Positions 35,457 through 44,705 of a DNA stretch of 64,000 nucleotides are shown piece by piece. How positions within the stretch are numbered: the stretch's first letter is position 1; each line of letters begins with the position of its first letter. Under the pieces are notes generated by a model, which saw only the letters and a list, made by a program, of their open reading frames with translations, did no database searches and had not been told where the DNA came from. The DNA is from Chthoniobacterales bacterium (GTDB lineage Bacteria; Verrucomicrobiota; Verrucomicrobiia; Chthoniobacterales; Chthoniobacteraceae), in NCBI GenBank assembly GCA_038239865.1, contig JBBSEI010000013.1, forward strand, positions 923 to 64,922, in the 5' to 3' direction. The translations under genes were made by a program, and so were the position numbers.

Positions 35457-36329
35457 GTGGACTCGCCGAACATCGCGCATCTTCACCTCGGCACCTGCGC
35501 CTGGGCGCACGAAGACTGGCGCGGCGTCTTTTATCCCGAGCATCTGCCGGCGGCGGAGCGGCTCGCATTTTATTCGCGCTGGTTCGACGCGGTGGAGGTG
35601 GACTCGACATTTTACCACGCGTCCGCGCCTTCCGTGGCGGCGCACTGGGCCGCGGTCACGCCGCCGGGCTTCCGCTTTTCCTGCAAGGTGCCGCGGGAAA
35701 TCACGCACGATCGGAAGCTGCGCGAGTGCGACGGATTGCTCGCGGACTTCGTGCGCGGCGTCGAGCCGCTCGGGGAGAAATTGGCGTGCCTGCTCGTGCA
35801 GACGCCGCGCTGGCTGGAGCCGAAGCACGACGAACACGCGCTGCGGGATTTCATCCACGGCCTGCCGCGCGGCTTCCGCTGGGCGGTGGAATTTCGCGAC
35901 GAGGCGTGGCACCTGCCGCGCATCGCGCATCTCCTCGAGCAGCATGGTGTCGCGTGGGTGTGGAATGATCTCTCGACGCTCGCCGATGCGGATGCCGCGG
36001 CGTTCGGATTTTTTCCGCAGACCGCGGACTTCGCCGTCGTGCGGCTAATGGGCGATGCGGCGACGAAGTACCGCGAGGACGGATCACGCGTGCATGAGTA
36101 CGGGGGCGCGATGTGGCCGCGCGCGCAGTCGCTGGAAAATTGGGCCGTGAAAATCCGGCAGGAGCTGCCTGCGCTGCGCGAGACGCTGGTCTTTGCGAAC
36201 AACCACTTCGAGGGCTGCGCGCCGCGGACCGCGTGCGAACTCGCGAAGCTGCTGGGCAAGGAAGTGAAGCTCCCGAGTGCGGAAGAGGTGCATCCGGATC
36301 CCGAACATGGGCAGATCCGGCTGCTGTAG
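35457..36329 (+). CDS. DUF72 domain protein
   Basis: HLGTCAWAHEDWRGVFYP....RLAFYSRWFDAVEVDSTFY pattern. GTG start. Confidence 0.8.
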   Translation: MDSPNIAHLHLGTCAWAHEDWRGVFYPEHLPAAERLAFYSRWFDAVEVDSTFYHASAPSVAAHWAAVTPPGFRFSCKVPREITHDRKLRECDGLLADFVRGVEPLGEKLACLLVQTPRWLEPKHDEHALRDFIHGLPRGFRWAVEFRDEAWHLPRIAHLLEQHGVAWVWNDLSTLADADAAAFGFFPQTADFAVVRLMGDAATKYREDGSRVHEYGGAMWPRAQSLENWAVKIRQELPALRETLVFANNHFEGCAPRTACELAKLLGKEVKLPSAEEVHPDPEHGQIRLL

Positions 36330-36464
36330 CAAAGTGAGCGGGCCGGAATCCTCGAAGGCGCGTGGGCTCCCGCCCCGCCTGCGATTGGTCTGCGCTCCGG
36401 GCAGTCCGCGCAGTGGCGCACTCTTTTCTTTCCGCTCCCGCATCCTCCGGCGTACTCTCCGCGC

Positions 36465-36761
36465 ATGGCCGAATTTCAACGCTCCAAGCAGACCAGCGAA
36501 CTGACGGAAACTTTCCTGCAATTTGTGATGATGCACACGCAGCAGGCGCTCCTCGCGCTCGGGAAACACCCGAGCAAACCCGCGGGCGGACCGCCGCCGA
36601 ATCTGCAACTCGGCAAAGTCTTCATCGATCACCTCTCGATGCTGCGCACGAAAATGGAGGGCAACCTCGCGGCGGACGAGCAGAGCGCGATCACCAATGC
36701 GATCACGCACCTGCAAAATGCATTCATAGAGGCGACGAAGGAGCGGGAGGCGGGAGCTTGA
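36465..36761 (+). CDS. DUF1844 domain protein
   Basis: 98 aa. FLQFVMMHTQQALLALG...LGKVFIDHLSMLRTKMEGNL pattern. Confidence 0.65.
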   Translation: MAEFQRSKQTSELTETFLQFVMMHTQQALLALGKHPSKPAGGPPPNLQLGKVFIDHLSMLRTKMEGNLAADEQSAITNAITHLQNAFIEATKEREAGA

Positions 36762-37579
36762 GTGCGCGGCCGAAATTTTCCGTCGGCAGCGTGACCTTCG
36801 GCGGCGCGGCACCGGTGTTCATGCTCGGGCCGTGCGTGATCGAGTCGGAGGAATTCGTGTGGAAAATGGCGCGCGCGCTGAAGGCGATCTGCACGGAGGT
36901 CGGCGCGCAGTTTATTTTCAAGGCGAGCTACGACAAGGCGAACCGCACGAGCGGAAAAAGCTACCGCGGAATCGGGCTGAAGGACGGCTGCACGATCCTC
37001 GCGAACATCGGCCGCGAACTCGGCGTGCCGGTGACGACCGACGTGCATTCGCCCGAGGACGCGCGCGCGGCGGCGGAGTGGATCGACCTTTTGCAAATCC
37101 CCGCGTTCCTCTGCCGGCAGACCGATCTCATCGTCGCCGCCGCGGAGACGGGTCGCGCGGTGAATGTGAAGAAGGGGCAGTTCCTCGCGCCGTGGGACAT
37201 CAAGAACATCGCGGAAAAATTGCGCGCGTCCGGCTGCGAGCGGTTCATGTTCACGGAGCGCGGGACGACCTTTGGCTACAACAATCTCGTGGCCGACATG
37301 CGCTCGCTTTACTGGATGCGTGAACTCGGCTGCCTCGCGATTTTCGACGCGACGCACAGCGTGCAGCGGCCCGGCGGGGCGGGGGACAAGACGGGCGGCG
37401 ACGGCATCCTCGCGCCGGTGCTCGCGCGCGCGGCGGTCGCGGCGGGATGCGACGGAGTTTTCATCGAGACGCACAAGGATCCCTCGCAGGCGCTGAGCGA
37501 CGGGCCGAATCAGATTCCGCTGGCGCAAGTCCCGGCGCTGCTCAAAACTCTGATCCAAATCCATGGCCTTGTTTCGTAA
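36758..37579 (+). CDS. kdsA: 3-deoxy-8-phosphooctulonate synthase
   Basis: 3' part of ORF 36362..37579. The in-frame TTG at 36758 overlaps the DUF1844 stop (TTGA). Blocks GPCVIESEE, FKASYDKANRTS, LQIPAFLCRQTDL and DATHSVQ. Confidence 0.9.
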   Translation: MSARPKFSVGSVTFGGAAPVFMLGPCVIESEEFVWKMARALKAICTEVGAQFIFKASYDKANRTSGKSYRGIGLKDGCTILANIGRELGVPVTTDVHSPEDARAAAEWIDLLQIPAFLCRQTDLIVAAAETGRAVNVKKGQFLAPWDIKNIAEKLRASGCERFMFTERGTTFGYNNLVADMRSLYWMRELGCLAIFDATHSVQRPGGAGDKTGGDGILAPVLARAAVAAGCDGVFIETHKDPSQALSDGPNQIPLAQVPALLKTLIQIHGLVS

Positions 37580-38153
37580 TTCCCGGCTCGTCCTGCTCGC
37601 GGCAGTGCTTGGGATGATTGCAGGCAGCGCGGCGGGGGCCGACGGCGCGCCGGCAGCCGCGGCAAAGGCACCGGCGGAAGCCGCTGCGCCAGCGGCAGCG
37701 GACCCGAAAAAGGATCGGCTCGATCTCCCGGTGCCAAAGGGGCAGCCGCAAAAAGGCCTCCGCATCCCGATCTACAGCCCGGAAGGAAAGTTGATGATGA
37801 GTTTCCAAATCGGCGTCGCCGAAGTGGTGGACGCGGACCACATCAAGATGGGCGAACTGCGGCTGGAGACGTTCAAGGAAAACGGGGAGCACGAGTTTGA
37901 CATCGATCTGCCGGATTCTGTCTTCAACGCGAAGACGAAGGAGCTGACCTCGAACGCGCATGTGATCATCAAGCGGCACGATTTTGAAATTTCCGGCAAC
38001 AGCATGACTTTTAACACCGACACGAAGGTGGGCACCTTCGGCAACGGCGTGAAGATGGTGATCTACGACGCGCGGACGGCGGTCGGCGAAGAGGAAAAAA
38101 AATCAGAAATCCCAGCCATCGAAATCAAGCCCGTGCAGGAGGAAAAGAAATGA
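37563..38153 (+). CDS. lptC: LptC-like LPS export protein
   Basis: N-terminal membrane anchor LVLLAAVLGMIAGSAAG followed by a beta-rich domain. Sits between kdsA and lptA, with an ATGA overlap with lptA. The call rests mainly on context. Confidence 0.55.
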   Translation: MALFRNSRLVLLAAVLGMIAGSAAGADGAPAAAAKAPAEAAAPAAADPKKDRLDLPVPKGQPQKGLRIPIYSPEGKLMMSFQIGVAEVVDADHIKMGELRLETFKENGEHEFDIDLPDSVFNAKTKELTSNAHVIIKRHDFEISGNSMTFNTDTKVGTFGNGVKMVIYDARTAVGEEEKKSEIPAIEIKPVQEEKK

Positions 38154-38821
38154 CGACATCCCGAATCGCCCCGATTTTTGCGGCGTTGCTCGCCCTCGGC
38201 GGCAGCGTGCGCGCGCAGAGCATCGAACCGATCGAGCGTCTCGGCCTCGGCACGATCGGCGCCGAAGCGCCGAAGCTCGGCGCGGCGGAAATTCCCGCGG
38301 CGAAACGCCCGAAAGGCCCGACGGAAATCACGGCGCGCGAGGCCATGTTCGACAACACGCGGCACCTCGCGACGTTTTCCACGGAGGTGCTCGTGCGCGA
38401 TCCGGAGTTCGGCCTCTCGTGCGAGCGGCTCACGGTGAATTTGAAAAAGCCGCCGGTGCCGGGCGTGGACAAGCCGGAGGCGAAACCGAAGGCGCCCGGC
38501 GAGCAGAGCAGCGGCATCGAAAAGGCGAGCGCCGAGGGCAATGTGATCATCACGCAGGACAAGCCGGATCCCGCGACGGGAAAACTCCAGCGCTACACCG
38601 GCAAGGCGAAGCGCGCGGTCTTTGACAAGACGACGGGCACGCTCACCCTCTACGGGTGGCCGCAGATCGCGCAGACGATCGGCGGCGCGCTGAGCAAGCA
38701 GATCCTCTCCCGCGAAGAGAGCTGCGTGATCACGCTGAACCGCGCGGGAAAAATCGACGTGAAGGGATACCACACCAGCACGCTCCAGGATGCCGCGGAC
38801 CTCGGCGCCGCACCCCGCTAG
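38150..38821 (+). CDS. lptA: LptA/OstA-like periplasmic LPS transport protein
   Basis: Signal peptide MTTSRIAPIFAALLALGGSVRA. OstA-like pattern ITAREAMFDN...ATFSTEVLV....L.CERLTV and AEGNVIITQ. Immediately precedes lptB. Confidence 0.65.
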   Translation: MTTSRIAPIFAALLALGGSVRAQSIEPIERLGLGTIGAEAPKLGAAEIPAAKRPKGPTEITAREAMFDNTRHLATFSTEVLVRDPEFGLSCERLTVNLKKPPVPGVDKPEAKPKAPGEQSSGIEKASAEGNVIITQDKPDPATGKLQRYTGKAKRAVFDKTTGTLTLYGWPQIAQTIGGALSKQILSREESCVITLNRAGKIDVKGYHTSTLQDAADLGAAPR

Positions 38822-38823
38822 CC

Positions 38824-39597
38824 ATGCCCGTCGCCGCCGCTGCCGCACCTTTGCCGGAAAAGCCCGCGCTGCCCGCGCCCGTGCTGCGCACCGAGGGGCT
38901 GGTGAAAATTTACGACGGTCGCCGCGTGGTGAACGGCGTGGACATCAATTGCCGCAAGGGCGAAATCGTCGGCCTGCTCGGCCCGAACGGCGCGGGCAAG
39001 ACGACGAGCTTCTACATGATCGTCGGCCTGGTGCGGCCGGACGCGGGCACGGTGTGGTTCAACGATTGCGACGTGACGCACATGGCGATGCACAAGCGCG
39101 CGCGCATGGGCATGGGCTACCTGCCGCAGGAGGAGAGCATTTTCCGCAAGCTCACCGTGGAGCAAAATCTCCTGGCGATCCTCGAGACGACGGGCCTCGA
39201 CCGCGCCGCGCGCCACGCGCGCTGCGATCAATTGCTCGAGCAGTTCGGCATTTCGCACGTCCGCAAGCAGCTCGCGCTCACGCTTTCCGGCGGGGAAAAA
39301 AGACGCCTCACGATCGCGCGTTCGCTCGTGCCGAATCCGAGCCTCATCATGCTCGATGAGCCGTTCAGCGGCGTGGATCCGATTGCGGTGCAGGACGTGC
39401 AAAAAATCGTGAGCGGCCTGCGCGAACTCGGCCTCGGAATCCTGATCACTGACCACAACGTCCGCGAGACGCTGAGCATCGTGGATCGCGCGTATCTCAT
39501 CTTCGAGGGGCGCGTGCTGATGGAGGGCACGAAGGATTTCCTGATCAACAACCCCGAGGCGCGCCGCCTCTACCTCGGCGAGAATTTTTCCATGTGA
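38824..39597 (+). CDS. lptB: LPS export ABC transporter ATP-binding protein
   Basis: Starts at MPVAAAAAPL. Walker A GPNGAGKTT, signature LSGGEKRRL, Walker B LIMLDEPFSGVDP, and the LptB-type C-terminus. Confidence 0.9.
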   Translation: MPVAAAAAPLPEKPALPAPVLRTEGLVKIYDGRRVVNGVDINCRKGEIVGLLGPNGAGKTTSFYMIVGLVRPDAGTVWFNDCDVTHMAMHKRARMGMGYLPQEESIFRKLTVEQNLLAILETTGLDRAARHARCDQLLEQFGISHVRKQLALTLSGGEKRRLTIARSLVPNPSLIMLDEPFSGVDPIAVQDVQKIVSGLRELGLGILITDHNVRETLSIVDRAYLIFEGRVLMEGTKDFLINNPEARRLYLGENFSM

Positions 39598-39697
39598 CCA
39601 CGGCTCCCGCAAAGTCCCCTCCGCCGCCGGCAACCCGAGGCGGGTATCAGCCAAAGAACGGATGGCTTTTCCCCCAAATCCGAACGAAAGAAATAAC

Positions 39698-40282
39698 ATG
39701 CAAACTGCAAACGTAAACGTCCCCATCAAGGTCACAGGCCGCCACCTCAGCATCACGGATGCGATCCGCGATTACGCGAAGTCGAAGCTCGAAAATATCC
39801 ATCTCGATTATCCGCGCATCATCGAGGCGCACGTGATCCTCGATGTCACCAAGCACCGCCAGAGTGCGGAAATCGTCCTGCATTGCGCGAACCACATCAC
39901 CATTGAGGCCGATCACGAATGCGACGACATGTATGCCGCGATCGACGGAGTGACCGCGAAAATCGCGCAGCAGATGCGCAAGTACAAGACGAAAATGCTG
40001 CGCAGCCACCGCCCGCGGAAGAACGAGGCGCGTCATTTTGCGGAGCATGTGCTGCACATTGATGAGCACTTCGAACTCCACGAAGAGACCGAGGCGAAAC
40101 ACGTGGAGACCGAGCGGCTCGAAGTGCGCACGCTCTTTGTGGACGAGGCGATCCTCCAGCTCGAGATGGCGGCGAACCGGCCATTCGTCGTCTTCGTGAA
40201 CGCGAAAACGGACATGGTGAACATCCTGCAGCGGCGCAAGGCCGGCGGCTTCGGGCTCATCGAAGTCTCGGTCCCGCACTGA
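39698..40282 (+). CDS. hpf: ribosome hibernation-promoting factor (long form)
   Basis: Starts at MQTANVNVPIKVTGRHLSITDAIRDYA (S30AE domain). The C-terminal dimerisation domain ends ...FVVFVNAKTDMVNILQRRKAGGFGLIE. Confidence 0.85.
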   Translation: MQTANVNVPIKVTGRHLSITDAIRDYAKSKLENIHLDYPRIIEAHVILDVTKHRQSAEIVLHCANHITIEADHECDDMYAAIDGVTAKIAQQMRKYKTKMLRSHRPRKNEARHFAEHVLHIDEHFELHEETEAKHVETERLEVRTLFVDEAILQLEMAANRPFVVFVNAKTDMVNILQRRKAGGFGLIEVSVPH

Positions 40283-41432
40283 CGGCTTCGCGCAGCGCGC
40301 GGTCCCGCCGCAGCACGTCGGGGAAAGTCGCGAGCAGGAGCTGGCGTCCGCGGATGTCCGCGAGGAACGTCGCGGAGAGATCCGCGTCGCCGACCTGCGG
40401 CAGCACGTGGATGTCGTCCTCGGAGATCGCGAGCGGCATCTCGCCTGCGGCGAAAGGAAACATCTCCTGCGCGACGCACAGCCAGTGGCGGAAAAGCTCT
40501 GGCTGCTGTTTTGCGAGGGCGTCGAGTGTTTCGAGAGAGGCGTCCTCCTCGAAATTCAGATGTGCGCGCACACCGAGGGTTCGCGCGGCGATTTCGCGCA
40601 CGCAGGATTTTCCGGCGGCGTGGCGGATGCCGACTTTCAGCGGACCGGCGAGCGTGGCGATTTCGCCCGCGAGCGCGAGCGTTGCGGTGAGTTCGCTTTG
40701 GTCGCCTTCGAAATCCGCGCCCGGCTGCCATGCCGCGCCGAGCGATGGGGAAATGCACGCCGGCGCGAGGCCCGAGCGCGCGGTTTCGAGCGCGAGAAAA
40801 AGAAACTCCTCCGCGCTCTCGTGATCGCGGCGGCCGGCGAAGTTGAGTTCGATGTCCGGCGCCGATCCGCGTCCCGTCCACAGCGTGCGGATCGCTTGCT
40901 GCCACTGCGCGGCCTCGGCGAGGGCGCGGCCATATTTCACCGCGGCACGGGCGAGCGGCTCGTCGGCGATGCGGAGCGTTCGTCCGCTGGGCAGAGTCCA
41001 TGCGCGATCCGTGTAGTGCGCGTGCCAGTCGGGCGCGAGGCAGCCGGAGTCTTCGAGCGCGACGATGGCGGCATCGAGTTCAGCGAGCGACATCGAGTCC
41101 GCGCGCGGATCGAGCAGGCGGCCGGGCTCGAATGAAAACCACGTGAAGCCCGCGGTGGCGAAGGCCGCGGCGTCCGCCGTCGTCCGCACCGTGCAACCGG
41201 CGCCCCACGCCGCCGTGTGCGCCGCATTTTCCAGCGCCGCCGCCGTGGCGGCGAGCAGTTCGCGAGGCCCGGCGTCCGCCGTGCCGTCTTCGCCGGTGAG
41301 ATGATGCATCAGCACCGGCGCGATGTGATTTTCACGCGCTGCACGCAAAGCATCCGCCGGGAAATGCAGGCCGGTGCAGCCGAGCGCGACAGTCGGTCTC
41401 GCGGCGAGCGGTGAGGGAGCGGGCAGTAGCAT
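40257..41432 (-). CDS. hypothetical protein
   Basis: ATG at 41432 (MLLPAPSPL...); the ORF is open to the TTG at 41468. Composition and codon pattern look coding. No family confidently recognised. The 3' end overlaps hpf by 26 nt (convergent). Confidence 0.5.
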   Translation of the reverse strand: MLLPAPSPLAARPTVALGCTGLHFPADALRAARENHIAPVLMHHLTGEDGTADAGPRELLAATAAALENAAHTAAWGAGCTVRTTADAAAFATAGFTWFSFEPGRLLDPRADSMSLAELDAAIVALEDSGCLAPDWHAHYTDRAWTLPSGRTLRIADEPLARAAVKYGRALAEAAQWQQAIRTLWTGRGSAPDIELNFAGRRDHESAEEFLFLALETARSGLAPACISPSLGAAWQPGADFEGDQSELTATLALAGEIATLAGPLKVGIRHAAGKSCVREIAARTLGVRAHLNFEEDASLETLDALAKQQPELFRHWLCVAQEMFPFAAGEMPLAISEDDIHVLPQVGDADLSATFLADIRGRQLLLATFPDVLRRDRALREAVSAGPRLR

Positions 41433-41528
41433 CGCGGCACCATCCACCGTGCGCGCGGTGCGGTTCAACGATCAAACACGGTGCGCGCTTGCACGGCGCG
41501 GAGTCGCGCTGTTTGCTCTGCGCCCCTT

Positions 41529-42458
41529 ATGGAAAAAGTCATCATCCTCGGCACCGGCTGCGCAGGTCTCACCGCGGCCATTTATTCCGCCCGCGCGAAT
41601 CTTTCGCCGCTCGTCTTCGAGGGCCACGAGCCTGGCGGGCAGCTTTCCACCACGACGCTCGTGGAGAATTTCCCCGGTTTCAAGGATGGCATCATGGGGC
41701 CGGAACTCGTGATGAACATGAAGGCGCAGGCGGAGCGTTTCGGCGCGCGCTTTCAATACGCGGAATGCACGGGGCTGAAGCAGGCGGACGGACATGTGAG
41801 CATCGAGATCGAGGGAAAATGGATCGAGACGCGGACGCTGATCGTCGCGAGCGGCGCGAGCGCGAAGTGGCTCGGCATCGATCGCGAACGCGAACTCATC
41901 GGCCACGGACTTACCTCGTGTGCGACCTGCGACGGCGCATTTTACCGCAACGTGCCCGTGTGCGTCGTCGGCGGCGGCGACAGCGCGTGCGAGGAGGCGA
42001 CTTTCCTCACGCGCTTCGCGTCGAAAGTGTACCTCATCCACCGCCGCGATTCGCTGCGCGCCTCGAAGATCATGGCCGAGCGCACGCTGGCGAATCCGAA
42101 AATCGAGCCCGTCTGGAACAGCACGATCGCGGAATATCTCACCGATGCGGAGGGCGAGATGCGAGGCGTGAAGCTGCGCGATTTGCAGACAAATGCGGAG
42201 CGCGAGACCGAGGCGAAGTGCGTCTTCGTCGCCATCGGCCACACGCCGAACACGAAGGCATTCAAGGGCGTGCTGAACATGGATGAAAACGGCTACCTGC
42301 TCCAGCAGGGCGGCACGACGGCGACGAATGTGCCCGGCGTATTTGCGGCGGGCGATGTGTCCGATCACCGCTACCGGCAGGCGGTCACCGCCGCCGGCCA
42401 GGGCTGCGCCGCGGCACTGGATGCCGAGCGGCATCTGAGCGAGCACGGGGCAGCGTAG
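41529..42458 (+). CDS. trxB: thioredoxin-disulfide reductase
   Basis: Starts at MEKVIILGTGCAGLTAA. Redox-active CATCDG, GGGDSACEEA and the GVFAAGDV blocks. Confidence 0.9.
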   Translation: MEKVIILGTGCAGLTAAIYSARANLSPLVFEGHEPGGQLSTTTLVENFPGFKDGIMGPELVMNMKAQAERFGARFQYAECTGLKQADGHVSIEIEGKWIETRTLIVASGASAKWLGIDRERELIGHGLTSCATCDGAFYRNVPVCVVGGGDSACEEATFLTRFASKVYLIHRRDSLRASKIMAERTLANPKIEPVWNSTIAEYLTDAEGEMRGVKLRDLQTNAERETEAKCVFVAIGHTPNTKAFKGVLNMDENGYLLQQGGTTATNVPGVFAAGDVSDHRYRQAVTAAGQGCAAALDAERHLSEHGAA

Positions 42459-42501
42459 TGCCGCTCACTGCAAGGTTCCCATGCGAAGTGTTTATTGTGT
42501 G

Positions 42502-42532
42502 AGCTGCTACGGACCTGATGCAGCTGTCTTTT
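42502..42532 (+). terminator. weak candidate intrinsic terminator after trxB
   Basis: AGCTGC-(12 nt)-GCAGCT stem followed by GTCTTTT, about 45 nt after the trxB stop. The stem is short and the loop long. Confidence 0.3.
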
Positions 42533-42724
42533 CCGCGCCATTGAGGACATCTTCTGTTTGGCTTCGAAAAACGCTGAACCGAAAGAATCTGCTCAATGCG
42601 GTACCGCTGACGAGAAAGCAACTTTATGCGCTTCGAGCAAAGCTGCCCTACTTAGTTGAGATCGGTTGGTGCGACCCGCTCCAGTATTTTATCGAACGGT
42701 GGAACTCACCGAAGAAAGCGCCGA

Positions 42725-43240
42725 TCAGTGCGGCTGGCGCGCGTTGCGCTGGAGCACGAGCGAGATCATCTGGAGCAGTTCGTCGCTTGGCACGGGCTTG
42801 AAGACCACGAGGCCGTCGGCGCGCTGCAGGAAGTCATTCGTCCGCGGATCGTCCCCATTTCCCGTGACGAAAAGAAACCGCGCGCAGAGGTGCGGCTTCA
42901 CTTTTTGCACCGCGAGGTAAAACATGTCGCCCGGCATCGTCGGCATCATCATGTCGCAGATGATGACGTCGAAATCCATGCCCATGGCCTCGCGCAGTCC
43001 CTCGACGCCGTTGCGCGCGGTGGTCACGATGAAATTGCGCGACTCGAGCAGGAGCTTGAGCGTGTCGGCCAGTTCCACGTCGTCGTCGAGCAGGAGGATG
43101 TTTGTGATTTCGAGATCCTGCGTGAGGTCGTCGCCGGAACCGGCGGAAGACGCGGGAGTGCCGTGCTGCGGAGGAAAACGCAGCGTGCGCTCCTGCGCCG
43201 CGCCGGGGAGCGGGATGAGTTGGGGCTTGGGCGAAGGCAT
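42725..43240 (-). CDS. single-domain response regulator (CheY-like receiver)
   Basis: Starts at MPSPKPQL. Receiver blocks ILLLDDD, the phospho-acceptor region DVIICDMMMPTMPG, and FLFVTG...KP. Confidence 0.8.
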   Translation of the reverse strand: MPSPKPQLIPLPGAAQERTLRFPPQHGTPASSAGSGDDLTQDLEITNILLLDDDVELADTLKLLLESRNFIVTTARNGVEGLREAMGMDFDVIICDMMMPTMPGDMFYLAVQKVKPHLCARFLFVTGNGDDPRTNDFLQRADGLVVFKPVPSDELLQMISLVLQRNARQPH

Positions 43241-43326
43241 GATCGCAAATGGGAAAAGCAGATGTCGTGCTTGATCGGCGCGGCCCGCCGGATAGTTTCC
43301 GCCGCCACGTCTGACCGTGCCGGCAC

Positions 43327-43399
43327 GCCAGTATAGCTCAGTTGGTAGAGCGCTCGATTTGTAATCGAAAGGTCGCGGGTTCGAATCCCGCTGCTGGCT
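43327..43399 (+). tRNA. tRNA-Thr (anticodon UGU)
   Basis: Hand-folded cloverleaf. Acceptor stem GCCAGTA/TGCTGGC, D arm GCTC-AGTTGGTA-GAGC, anticodon arm CTCGA-TTTGTAA-TCGAA, T arm GCGGG-TTCGAAT-CCCGC, discriminator T. CCA is not encoded. Confidence 0.9.
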
Positions 43400-43477
43400 C
43401 CGTGCTTTTGCGGGCTTGGGCGTTTGCATGTCCGACGCATGCGCGGCACAATCACCCAACTCCATTTTCCACCGCTC

Positions 43478-44572
43478 ATGCATCGCCTCCTCCTGCTCCT
43501 CACCGTCCTGCTCGGCCTCATGCCGGCATTCGGCGCGCAGGATTGGGCCGTGGTGAAAGTGGACGGCCGCGACTACCTCACGATGGATAACATCGCGGAA
43601 TTTTACAGCCTCAGCGCCGTCCGCCGGAAGGACAAGGAAGCCTCCGCGACTTCCGGAGTGCGGAGCATCCGCGCGAATGTGGGCTCGCCGGATTTTTTCA
43701 TCAACAATCTCAAATTCATCCTCAGCTATCCCGCCGTGGAGCGCGACGGCAAGGTGTGCATTTCGCGGATGGATCTCGTGAAGCTCATCGAGCCCGTCAT
43801 GCGCCCGAGCCGCATCAAGACCGCCGAACCGATCGACACCGTGGTGCTCGACGCCGGGCATGGCGGGCATGACAACGGCGCGATGAGCGTCTATGGCTCG
43901 GAAAAGGCCTTCGCGCTCGATGTCGTGATGCGGGCAAAGGCGCTCCTGCAGGCGTCGGGATTGAGAGTGGTGCTCACGCGCGGCGACGACACCTTCATCT
44001 CACTGGACGAACGCGCGCGCACCGCCAGCCAGCACAAGCGCGCCATTTTCATCGCCGTGCATTTCAACGCCGGCGGCTACGGCACCGGCGTCGAGGCGTT
44101 CACCCTCGCGCCGCGCGGCGTGCCCTCGATGATGGCCGACGGCCCGCACGTCTCCGATCTCAACGAATGCCGCGGCAACGCGCGCGACGCGGAAAACATC
44201 GCGCTCGCCACCGCCACGCACGCCGCGCTCGTGGTGAAGACCAAGATGTTCGACCGCGGGCTGAAGCGCGCGCGCTTCGTCGTCATCCGCGACATCACCA
44301 TCCCGGGAGTGCTCATCGAGGGCGGCTTCCAGACGAATCCATACGACGCCAAACTGATCGCCACCGCCGGTTACCGGCAGCTCCTCGCGCAGGCGATCCT
44401 GCAGGCCGTGGACAACTACCGCCGCGCCGTCGGCGCGCAGCCGCAGGGGCCGGTCGTCTCGCACACGGAGGACGCCGTGAAAACCGAGCGCGCCCCCGCC
44501 GACAAAACCGTGAAACGCGAGACGCCCAAACCTCCCAAGCCCGAACCCATCGAGCCTCCCGTGGTGAACTGA
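43478..44572 (+). CDS. N-acetylmuramoyl-L-alanine amidase
   Basis: Starts at MHRLLLLLTVLLGLMPAFGA (signal peptide). Amidase_3 blocks VVLDAGHGGHDNGA, IFIAVHFNAG and VLIEGGF. Confidence 0.85.
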   Translation: MHRLLLLLTVLLGLMPAFGAQDWAVVKVDGRDYLTMDNIAEFYSLSAVRRKDKEASATSGVRSIRANVGSPDFFINNLKFILSYPAVERDGKVCISRMDLVKLIEPVMRPSRIKTAEPIDTVVLDAGHGGHDNGAMSVYGSEKAFALDVVMRAKALLQASGLRVVLTRGDDTFISLDERARTASQHKRAIFIAVHFNAGGYGTGVEAFTLAPRGVPSMMADGPHVSDLNECRGNARDAENIALATATHAALVVKTKMFDRGLKRARFVVIRDITIPGVLIEGGFQTNPYDAKLIATAGYRQLLAQAILQAVDNYRRAVGAQPQGPVVSHTEDAVKTERAPADKTVKRETPKPPKPEPIEPPVVN

Positions 44573-44705
44573 GTGGAAGTTGGGCATTGGGAGTTGGGCG
44601 TTGAAGCCGGATTTTCATTCGGCATTCGCACGCAGCGCGCCTCCCCGCACCGACCGCGCTTGCCACGCACCGTGCGCACGACTTTCATCGCGCTCCATTT
44701 TTCCC

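Noticed and set aside
36362-36757. N-terminal 132-codon extension of the kdsA ORF
   Set aside because: It overlaps the DUF1844 gene in another frame and has no KdsA similarity. The in-frame TTG at 36758, overlapping the DUF1844 stop, gives an N-terminus that aligns with KdsA (…FSVGSVTFGG...GPCVIESEE).
42481-42801. 106-aa ORF annotated as a gene
   Set aside because: Its 3' third is antisense to the response-regulator gene and is Ala/Arg noise. No family was recognised. It is kept only as a finding about the intergenic region.
43327-43399. tRNA-Thr as an integration site for a genomic island
   Set aside because: No integrase is present and no direct repeat of the tRNA 3' end was found nearby. 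The flanking genes (response regulator, amidase, murI) look like core genes.
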